Below are positions 1-9,828 of a DNA stretch of 64,000 bases, in pieces; position 1 is the first letter of the stretch, and every line of letters begins with the position of its first letter. The translations under genes and the position numbers were made by a program. A model generated the notes under the pieces. The model was not told the DNA's origin, did not search any database, and saw only the letters and a program-made list of their open reading frames with translations. The DNA lies in NCBI GenBank assembly GCA_009103225.1, contig RHPI01000560.1:479465-543464 (forward strand). The letters are read 5' to 3'. The stretch comes from Chlorokybus atmophyticus (taxonomy: Eukaryota > Plantae > Mesostigma and Chlorokybus algae).

Positions 1-503
1 CGAAAACTCACTGGCCACCGCACTCTGACCATCCGGAGGCATCTCTATCAAGAAGCAGCGGTAGCTTGCCCTCTCCGTCTAAGCTTGCCACATTGATCCC
101 AGCTTGTCTTCTTGGTAAAGAGATTGATCGAGGTGTCATAAGATTTGCGCTAAACGACAATGCTCGACCTCATGGGGCAACATGCAGCCGTAGAGGAGCG
201 GGAGGCAACCAACAAGCGCAAGGCTGTGGAGCAAGAGAATAACGCCTTACCTCCTCTGAGTAACAGCCCCACAAAGTGCGCCTGCCAGAATGTGCAGGCC
301 AACCACAAAAAAAAAAAAGAAGAAGATTGTTGGAGTAAGGGACGCTAACAAGACCACAAAAGCAAAGGTGAGGCATTGTTAAAATGTAGTTAGAAGAAGC
401 ACAGCGCCTTAAAGCCTCGCTGGGGCTGACTGTGTGTCCTAAGTATGCACAAGCGGGTTTACAGCGTCATGTAGCTGCTCAGCATCGTCCATAGAGACAG
501 CCG

Positions 504-1118
504 GTGCGGCATGAGCTGCCTAAGCTCAAACCACCGATGTGCAGACGCTTCAGAGGGCTGACTCGTTGTGCAAAAGAGTTAAACGCCCTGAAACCCAAAC
601 ATAACATGGCCATCCGCAATATGTTGTTGCCCCTTGCCGTCCTCGATGTGATGATGTTGTTGCTGCCGCAGCAACCCGGCAATGTGCAAGAGCTATCCGC
701 GGAGTAGAACTTCGACTTGCTGCAAAAGATGTACCTGTTGATGTCAACTGATACGGGTCGAGATGTGTGCCACTACCTAAGCAGATATATTGGGTGGCAA
801 GTAAAACCATTCGAGCTGTACTTGGCATGCTTTGGCTGGCAGTGGCTGTATGTCATACGGCACATCGAGCTGATTCCGTGGAAGCTCGACGAAGATGACA
901 ATGCGGGGGAGTACACGAGTGATGACAGCCATGTTGAGGGCTTGGATGAACGCATGCTGAACGGGACCACCAAGACCAGCAGGTGTATGGCGTCAGATGG
1001 GCGTCAGGTGATCGAGCAGGCAGTGGAGCGTTATGCTACGCCATTTAGATGGGAGTCGCTGCGCTTGCAACGCGATAACAGGGGCAGCTTGCACACCCGC
1101 GTGCACCATGCGTGCTAA
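504..1118 (+). pseudogene. Degenerate ORF of unknown (probably transposon-cargo) protein
   Basis: ORFs 504-707 and 717-1118 are in the same frame, separated by one TAG (705-707). There is no intron-like sequence and no family is recognised. Confidence 0.35.
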
Positions 1119-1143
1119 ATTGTCGCATTGAAGAGCCCCCCCN

Positions 1144-2368
1144 AAGAAATCTACTAACCTTGTGGGTGCCTTAAAGTGCTTAATCCGTAGAGACACCTTG
1201 CATGCATTTGGCCTATGCACATCTGCTTGTGAGCACGTGTCGTTGGCTTTTGTGTTCAACACAAGAGCAACACTAAAGACGTGCCTGGCTTGCAGAATCT
1301 GTTTCGTGGATGGACGCATGCGTTCGTTCGCATTGTCGTAGATAGCAGCAAGCAGGTGGTCAATGATGCCTCCCAGCACATGCATTGCGTCAGGCGCGAA
1401 GGCGAGAGTAGCAGTCAGCTCCCGGCACCCGCAACTGTTGCCAACCCCACTGTGCATTCTGTTGCCAAACCACATTGCCTAGTTACACGGAAAGCCATCT
1501 ATCTTCACAAATGCCGGTAATTTGTGACCATTACCTCCTCGACATGCATGGAGTGCCGCTTTTTAAAAGCCTTGGCTGTCTGGCGTGCATTCGTAACACC
1601 GTTATGCAAGTCCGCCCGCAGTTGTCATATTGCTGGTGTGTAAAACGCCTTGGTTCTCTATTCCGCGTCCTCATCCATCTCCAACAGATCTGATTTGGTG
1701 ACGAGACAATCATTGCAAAGGTGTCGTGTATGGTTGCCCGACATAGTGCAAGTGTGGCAGTCTCCTGCAACACGACAAACTCAGACGCTCCACTAACAAC
1801 ATCCTCCATGATCAGTTTGCCGGCAGGCTGCATCCGATTACAACCATGCATGCCCATTACCTGCAAGTAGCTGATGTAGTTGGCAAGTGCGGAAAACACA
1901 CCATGTTCGACGCCATTCGGGTCAATGAGCTGCAGACCTTCCCAGCTAGCCCGCTTCACATCCCTAACACTACATGCAAAGTGTCATGAAAACTCTCACA
2001 TTTTCAAATTGGGAACGCTTCCTTGCCTTGCGCCTAGGTGGGATGCCCGGCCACTGCGTGAACCACCGGTAGAAGCGCTATTATAACAACCCCCATGGTG
2101 CTAGCATACATGTCCCAACTGTAGTTGGCAAGCGATGCTATCAGAGGGTACTACCCTCTGGCTAGTAGCCAGAGCGCCTGCCCGCGCTGTCCTGCGTGGT
2201 CTTGTCATCGTACACAATTACAGGCGCCAAGTAGGACGCTTCCCCCACTCCTCTCTTCAAATCCACCTCAACATCTTTCCGCCCGTGGAAGGATGGCCAA
2301 AGCTGTGCTCGTCACCACTGTACTGCAGATTGAAACCATTAGCGGCATGTGGATTGCCATACAGCCGC
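1144..2368 (-). repeat. Partial duplicate of the Plavaka transposase pseudogene (direct repeat of 6086-7310)
   Basis: Sequence matches 6086-7310 at offset 4942, and the ORF track gives identical peptides for both copies. The left edge abuts CCCCCCC-N at 1136-1143. Confidence 0.9.
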
Positions 2369-2490
2369 GCGGATGGGGAGACGCCCTGTTGCAAGCAAGC
2401 GGTGTGCCATGTCTGCATCATATCACAGCAGAAGAATGTGGCAAATAAATCAAAGAAGCTATAAGCGTGTCCCTGCTGCAAGCAACCTCA
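2369..2490 (+). pseudogene. C-terminal half of a RING-type zinc finger (remnant)
   Basis: Reads ETPCCKQAVCHVCIISQQKNVANKSKKL*ACPCCKQP, fitting the RING second half (PCC...CxxC...CPxC) with one in-frame TAA at 2462-2464. The first half is replaced by the Plavaka duplicate. Confidence 0.6.
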
Positions 2491-3182
2491 CCCGTTTTGG
2501 TCGCCACGCCTGCTGCAAGAAGCCAATGTGTCGGCGGTGATTTGGCCCCCGCCTTGATAATTGTGCATGTATTGTATTTTGTGTTGGACACCTGTGAACC
2601 ATGTAGGTACATGTATAGTTGTAGCATGGTGCACCCGAGATCTGCTGTTGTTAGAAGCATTGGCCGTACATGTGTATGATGACTGCCCAACACATGAGTC
2701 AGTGCATGGCTGACAACCTTACTGGTTCAGAGCATGGTTGACAGCAATAAACTCAGACTGCGCTCTGGGTTCCATGGAATGACAGCACATTATTTCTCTA
2801 CAATCATGGTATGCGAGTATCCTTGTAATGTAGTACCATTAATGGATGGAGTACCATTCATGTTAATGTAGTACCATGCATGGTACTGTGATACCGTCCG
2901 TGGTACTGTCGTGCTTCACTTGAAGTGTTACTCATTTAATGTGCGTCAGCTGGCAACCCTGAATTGATGCCCATACCATAAAGTCTCGCTCAGTTTGTGG
3001 GCAGCCGTGCCGATTCATATTTTGCATAATGTCGGCGGCAGCAGTTGAATCCCCCATACTTAGGAGACCATGCTTGGTGTGCCCACAATGCAATGCGTAC
3101 GTATGTGCCAATGGTCGTAGGCAATAAATGCGAGCACACTTAACCGAATGCCAGCGATTGCAGATAGTGTGCCACGGTTTTA

Positions 3183-4737
3183 ATGCTGCTTGCTGGCATC
3201 ACACCACACAATATCGACGTGTTTGGCTGCCGCCTCGGCAAAGTGCTATGCAAGGAGCCCGAGTTTTTCCATTGCGTGCAGTGCGTGTACAAATCGTGCT
3301 CGCGCTCATGCTTCGATTGGCGAGGGGAACCCATGCGCTTCTTCACATGGACAATTCCGGGACATGTGGTTAGTGGACATGTGGTGGATGCTGTGGAGGT
3401 AATTCGGCAGAGTGGACAGCGATGTATCACCGCATGTGTTGGGCGTATGCTTATTTTATGCATGTTGAAGCTGTTGTCGCTTTCAGAGCAGTCTTCCATG
3501 GTGTGGGCGTGGGCAGTTCCACCCCCTGGCCGCTGTAGAGGAGGCAGACCATCGACCGTTGGACAGGGCACTAAATCGGCTGCGAAACGCAGTTAAGTTG
3601 GGACGCGAGCAGCTGATCGGTGTGAGTGGCATGGTGCATTGGCCGCTGGTTGGGGAATGGTATGCGGGCGTTGCGGAGTCAAACAAGTGTCAGGTCAGCA
3701 TCGCTTTTTGGCGCGCGAGATTGAGGACGCATTATATATGCATGGTGCAATGGAAAATAGCTTTGCAGGGCAGCATCGTATAGTATCTGATAACGGTGAT
3801 CGACGACAAACCACCAACTTCAAAGAGCACAACGTATTCGCGTACACATCAGTTGACGGGGCACGCCATGTTCTGCGCGCCGGACGAGAGAATGTCAGTC
3901 GCAAAGTAAGCCCGAATGGCATCATCGTCACTCCCTGGCTAGCGCCACGGCCAGCCTTGACCACATACATGCCATTTGACAACAAGCTTGCACGTACACG
4001 CAGACTAAGAGCACTCGACTAACTTTGCAGCGGTGGCGGTGCTAGTGTCGGTCTATATCACGCAGGCTTTGACGTGACCGGGAGGGACATAAATCCCTCC
4101 TCTGAGCTCGCTGCCCTTTAAACACCGCGATGTATGCACCATGAGTGCTGGAGAAGAGAGCGAGTATAAGCTCATATGGGCCATTCCACCATGCCAGGCC
4201 TATTCAGGTGCTATCCCGGCACCTCAACGGGCGGCACATGGCACATCTTGAAGACTCTTATGCTACCGCTCGTCGACATATGCTGCTTGCAAGCCAGGTC
4301 AAATTTGTGATTATGAATGTGCCAGGAACAGCTTCCTCATTCGGACCCAAATGTCCCTTTGTGGCACAATGCTTGGCCTATCCACCGTCCAACACCGTCT
4401 ATTTGAGACACAGCCAATGGTAGCTACCCCACCAGCACGTTGCTCGCACGCGGGCAAGGCGGTTGGAATGCTATCACCGCACCTGTCCGCTAGCGCAAAG
4501 AAGACAATTGTGACATTAAACGCGCCGCAACAAATGTACCCGGTCTATGGCCTTCCAAGCACTAGAGGCGGCATTGCTGCAGGGGAAACAGCGTTGGGAG
4601 TGCCATTGATGACCTCAGCCGTTGCCATAGCGAATGCAGTTCCTGCCGCAATGGTGGAGTGCATAGGGCGTTTTATGCTTACTATAATGGATATGCGCTG
4701 TGACTACCCTCCTGTGTCATGCAACTATGAGGCTTGA
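3183..4737 (+). pseudogene. C5 DNA cytosine methyltransferase pseudogene, phage/bacterial-type, with N-terminal Cys/His-rich extension
   Basis: Motif I-like RALD*LCSGGGASVGLYHAGFDVTGRDINP (about 4008-4100), catalytic motif IV IWAIPPCQAYS (PPCQ 4186-4197), motif VI-like FVIMNVPG (4304-4327), LCGTMLGL..HRLFET (4357-4410) and C-terminal LGVPLMT..IANAVPAAMVECIG. Stops at 3594 and 4020 and several frameshifts. The in-frame upstream region 3183-4019 is Cys/His-rich. Confidence 0.85.
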
Positions 4738-4940
4738 GTGTGGTGCACTGTATTGAGGCTTAATGCCACACAGCTGACTGATTGTTGAACAATGCATTCA
4801 ACATTCAATTGTGGTGACAATTGTGCAATGACAGCTGCCCGGTATTGTATACGCCCACATGCAAAAGTCTTAGCATACGATTAGCAATGCCTAATTGACT
4901 GATATGCTTCACACTTAGAGTAGTAAGACAAGTATATGTG

Positions 4941-7756
4941 TCACGTGGCAGTGCAATGAACGTTCACCCAATACTTGCCGTTTTGCACACAGGCGCTGTT
5001 TTTGTGAAACATGGGAGCAGTTGGACAATGCCTTTTACTTGCTTTAAAGTCACAACATTGAGATGTGGACCCCCTCGACGCTTTTCCCATTATAGAGCAA
5101 TGCACTTTGTGTCGCTCGTCACATCCAGCTGCGTGTACCAGCGAACAAACACAACCTCCTTCCACACGCTCGCCACTACCACCCCACACCACCACGCGCA
5201 AAGAAGTGGCTAAAGGAGTGGCCCACCACGTCACGTTCACACCGTCCTCATCACCTTCCAACTCAAGTGCAAAGAACCAAGGCCGCCCATAGAACATCCC
5301 AGTTGCGCGCGCCATGCTGACTCTTGATGTCATGTACACCACTGCGCCTCCGTTCACCACGCAAACAGCACGCCACCCGTCGGCTAACTCCAGTTGTTCC
5401 CTCCTCCAACCAGCTGTCCAGGGTGGCAAGCAGCTTGTCGGCGAATGGAGTCTTCAGGGCGACTTAGCGGCTACGCGCAGAACTACTCCAGTACGGGCTA
5501 GACTCCCTCATTGTCAGCACATCCATCTATAGCAACTTGTCCGTCTTCTCCTATATCATACAACAATGCTGCCGCACCTGCACCATGATCAAGCGCATCT
5601 CAGGATCTACGACCATGCCATCATCCCTCACATATTCCGCACAACTCAATGCCTTCAGGATGCGCGCCTGGTAGTCCCGATTGTTGCCACCACGCGCCCA
5701 CTATTTGATATTTTGGGCATGCGTTTGCTCCATGCGGTTGACGCTGAACCAATCTGAGTGTCCACTGCTGGCAATTGCCGACCAAAAATGAGTGAGCCGA
5801 TGCATCTTCTGAATCTTCCAACCCAACTTTTGTGCGGAATATGACGACTGTAGCGGATTCAACACTGCAGATTTGTAGGCAGCCAGCTCATTGTCGGCTG
5901 TGGTTAGGGTCTCTCTTGTGTGTTTATACGCCTTGAGCAACTTCTTGTTCCACTTGGCAAGCGATGCGGCAGCAATGGTGAAGAAATCGTTGCCCTCACT
6001 GTCGAGCAGCAAACCGTCTGCAAGGACCGGCAGCAGCTGCAGCACCGCCACTTTCTCCACCGCTTGAAAGGAGTGGTCGGACAAGAAGAAATCTACTAAC
6101 CTTGTGGGTGCCTTAAAGTGCTTAATCCGTAGAGACACCTTGCATGCATTTGGCCTATGCACATCTGCTTGTGAGCACGTGTCGTTGGCTTTTGTGTTCA
6201 ACACAAGAGCAACACTAAAGACGTGCCTGGCTTGCAGAATCTGTTTCGTGGATGGACGCATGCGTTCGTTCGCATTGTCGTAGATAGCAGCAAGCAGGTG
6301 GTCAATGATGCCTCCCAGCACATGCATTGCGTCAGGCGCGAAGGCGAGAGTAGCAGTCAGCTCCCGGCACCCGCAACTGTTGCCAACCCCACTGTGCATT
6401 CTGTTGCCAAACCACATTGCCTAGTTACACGGAAAGCCATCTATCTTCACAAATGCCGGTAATTTGTGACCATTACCTCCTCGACATGCATGGAGTGCCG
6501 CTTTTTAAAAGCCTTGGCTGTCTGGCGTGCATTCGTAACACCGTTATGCAAGTCCGCCCGCAGTTGTCATATTGCTGGTGTGTAAAACGCCTTGGTTCTC
6601 TATTCCGCGTCCTCATCCATCTCCAACAGATCTGATTTGGTGACGAGACAATCATTGCAAAGGTGTCGTGTATGGTTGCCCGACATAGTGCAAGTGTGGC
6701 AGTCTCCTGCAACACGACAAACTCAGACGCTCCACTAACAACATCCTCCATGATCAGTTTGCCGGCAGGCTGCATCCGATTACAACCATGCATGCCCATT
6801 ACCTGCAAGTAGCTGATGTAGTTGGCAAGTGCGGAAAACACACCATGTTCGACGCCATTCGGGTCAATGAGCTGCAGACCTTCCCAGCTAGCCCGCTTCA
6901 CATCCCTAACACTACATGCAAAGTGTCATGAAAACTCTCACATTTTCAAATTGGGAACGCTTCCTTGCCTTGCGCCTAGGTGGGATGCCCGGCCACTGCG
7001 TGAACCACCGGTAGAAGCGCTATTATAACAACCCCCATGGTGCTAGCATACATGTCCCAACTGTAGTTGGCAAGCGATGCTATCAGAGGGTACTACCCTC
7101 TGGCTAGTAGCCAGAGCGCCTGCCCGCGCTGTCCTGCGTGGTCTTGTCATCGTACACAATTACAGGCGCCAAGTAGGACGCTTCCCCCACTCCTCTCTTC
7201 AAATCCACCTCAACATCTTTCCGCCCGTGGAAGGATGGCCAAAGCTGTGCTCGTCACCACTGTACTGCAGATTGAAACCATTAGCGGCATGTGGATTGCC
7301 ATACAGCCGCACGAGCCATACCTGCTCCGACCGAGAGCATTAACAGCCATGCTGGCCTAAAATTAGATACTGCATTACACAGATCTTAGCCGGCATGTAT
7401 GTGACGCTGATGTCCTAGTCCTCAAGGTCTCCAGACTTGCGCGCAGGTCAGCCGCCACGTAGTTCTGATACGGCAGCACACTCGCATGTGTATATGTGAC
7501 ATGGCTCTACTGGTTAAAGCACATGCACCGCAAACCGTGAACACACCTTAGACTGAGAGAAAGCAATTGTGGTCCGGAGGTAGCTGGCCACATGCACATT
7601 GGTCTCCCACTGGAGCTCTTCCAACAGGAAGTGTGCATTTTTGATGCACTTGATGATTCGCCTCATGTCGGAGGCCAACAGGCCTTGGCCGCTGTTGCAC
7701 TGCACGAATGCCACTGCAAAAGCATGCTTTGAGCCATACCACCTGGATTCCGACAT
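4941..7756 (-). mobile_element. Plavaka-type (EnSpm/CACTA-related) DDE transposase pseudogene
   Basis: Ordered motifs on the minus strand: WLVRLYGNPHAANGF, IVYDDKTT..GYYPLIASLAN..GVVIIALLPV, FHDTLHVVL..SWEGLQLIDPNGVEHGVFSALANYIS, IKHFK, KMHRLTHFWSAIASSGHSDWFSVNRMEQTH..K*WARGGNNRDYQ, RATGMFYGRPWF. Multiple stops and frameshifts. Termini were not found. Confidence 0.8.
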
Positions 7757-9311
7757 GTGCGAAGGGACGCCTTCACTTCCATGTTATTGGCCACAGGTTT
7801 CTCAGACACACGCACACATCGAAAGCCCTCGTTTACTTCCTCCTCCTTCTATTGCTGCTGTGCGTGTGTCTGCTGGAGGGGTCCTTTAGCATCAAGCATG
7901 TGCGCGTCCTGGATCGAACTCCCCGGTTCAACATGACTCGCACCGTACTGTAATGGACGCTGGTTGACATACAGCTTGATTTGCTTGCACACCCTGTTGC
8001 TAACAATGTGCATAAACCGAGCTGCGTGTGGCAAAGCACATGTGGCAATACGGACAAGGGACTCCCATTGCTCACTACTGACGTCGACACAGGTGTCGCT
8101 AATGTAACCTGCATCGTCATATCCAGCAACACGCGCCACCGCCGCCGCCACCGCCGCATGCCAGAGGCGGGAAACTTGGCCGCCATTCACTGGCGCAACG
8201 GCTCCGTCATACCATATTATGGTACGATCGTGCCATTGCACGTCCAGGGTGGGGTGAGATTGCATAAATATCCTGATTGTACCGTCTCACTGGTACGAAC
8301 ATGCCAAAAGGTACCATTGCGGTGGTACCCTTATACAGTGGCAATGACAGTTCGTACCATTGGCAAGTGCTGGCAATGCCAGTCCCTGTGCATGAAAACA
8401 CTATTGATGGCTCCGCCAAGCTATGCCCTTACAGGGCGGTGATGCCGAGGGTATGTGTTGTTTGGTGGATCGTTCGCGGCGCTGCCAGGGCGTAGTGGGC
8501 GTTGTGGTCGAGGTCCGGAATGAAGCCCATGTTTGCACAGGGCGAGCAAGGTGCCGGTGGGTGTCCTTGGTGTTAAACCCCACCATGCCTAGCAAGGGCA
8601 CAGCCAATGACAACAGTGATTTGGGCGATATCTTACAGGGCTCCCCCTTCGAGTGGGAAAAGGCATAATACAATACTGCCTCTAAGAATATCCGAACCAC
8701 CAGCAGCTGCGACCACAGCGACATAATTAAAGGGACCAAACAAGATTGGCATAATCAAGGTTGCATCTATGCACTGTCAATGCTAGGGTTCAGTTATCTT
8801 GCACATGCACATCCTTAAGTATCTTGCACATGATATACACTGTCAGTTCCATATGCACACCCTCATGCACAGCCTCCAGTGTCATGCACATGAACAGCAT
8901 GACCAATCTCGCAAATGCACAGCCTATTTCTACTTGCAGGAGCTCACAAGTCGCAAAAGAGAAGCTGCGGAGTACCATGAACGGGTAATTGATGACCTAG
9001 TTTAATGTTTCCAGCATCAATGAAGCAGTTTGCTTGCAAATTGCCATGGTCAGAGAGAACCAAGAGCAGCGCGGCAGGCTGACTATCTGGCGGAGTGCGA
9101 CAAAGCAAAAGACAAGGTGAGCATGTGTATGCTAATGGGCTAATCCTCTGGCAGCACGCCACTCCTATAACATTACCAAATGCAGGTGGTCACTTTCAAA
9201 GCGACCATCAAGCGCATGCGCGTGCACGGCGAGGTGCCGACATCCAAGCTGAAGGACGAAGTAGCTGCTATATTGTCAGCGAGCGAGGCAGCAGATGAAG
9301 ATGACTTCAAT

Positions 9312-9828
9312 TGTAACGGGAAGGTACATTAAATTACCACAAATCGACCATACAAGCATCTAGTCTTTTATGGTCGAGTGGGCTGTGACATTGGTCAGCG
9401 GAGCTTGAGACCCGGGTTCGATTCCTGCCTTGCACTCGAATTCCGCGATCGTTGTTTCTCGATCCAGTAACCATCGTAAATGGTCATAAGTGCCATCATC
9501 GATGGGTCGCGACTTGCCTAATGGCAGTCGCGCCTGCGTTTAGTCGGCGCGGCAGGACGCGACCTGCCTATCGCGATGCGACCTGTGGGGCCGGCAGCGG
9601 TGCGCTATGCGCGCGTTGACCGGTATGGGCCTATATTGGTCGGTCCTTGCGGTAGGGCCGGTGACCGACCCTAATCAGACCCCTGGGATGATTCCCCAGC
9701 TGATGCGAGCCAGCTGCCGAGGACGTCAGCGTTCTTAAGTTGGGCGGAATGTAACGGGAAGGTACAATCAATTACCACAAATTGACCATACAAGCATCAA
9801 GTCTTTTACGGTCGAGTGGGCTGTGACA
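9312..9828 (+). mobile_element. Non-autonomous miniature LTR retroelement (TRIM), copy 1
   Basis: 79-bp direct repeats 9312-9390 and 9750-9828 with TGTAAC...GTGACA ends. PBS-like TGG after the 5' LTR, purine tract before the 3' LTR. Flanks TCAAT/CCGAT are a likely decayed 5-bp TSD. No coding capacity. Confidence 0.9.
9371..9425 (+). promoter_or_regulatory. tRNA-like type-2 Pol III internal promoter (A box + B box) in TRIM copy 1
   Basis: A box TGGTCGAGTGG (9371-9381) and B box GGTTCGATTCC (9415-9425) are 33 nt apart as in tRNAs. A D-arm (GTCG/TGAC) and T-arm can be drawn; acceptor and anticodon stems do not pair. Confidence 0.75.

Noticed and set aside
2823-2915. Cluster of GTACCA motifs with the 18-bp palindrome AGTACCATGCATGGTACT, as a possible transposon end
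   Set aside because: No matching terminus or TSD was found elsewhere in the window, so it cannot be supported as a TIR.
9364-9437. Functional tRNA gene
   Set aside because: A/B boxes, D-arm and T-arm are present, but acceptor and anticodon stems do not pair and the sequence sits inside a TSD-flanked LTR element.
9312-9828. CRISPR-like repeat-spacer or a SINE
   Set aside because: There are only two 79-bp repeats per locus in a eukaryotic context. TG...CA ends, PPT and 5-bp TSD fit an LTR element, and there is no poly-A or simple-repeat tail.
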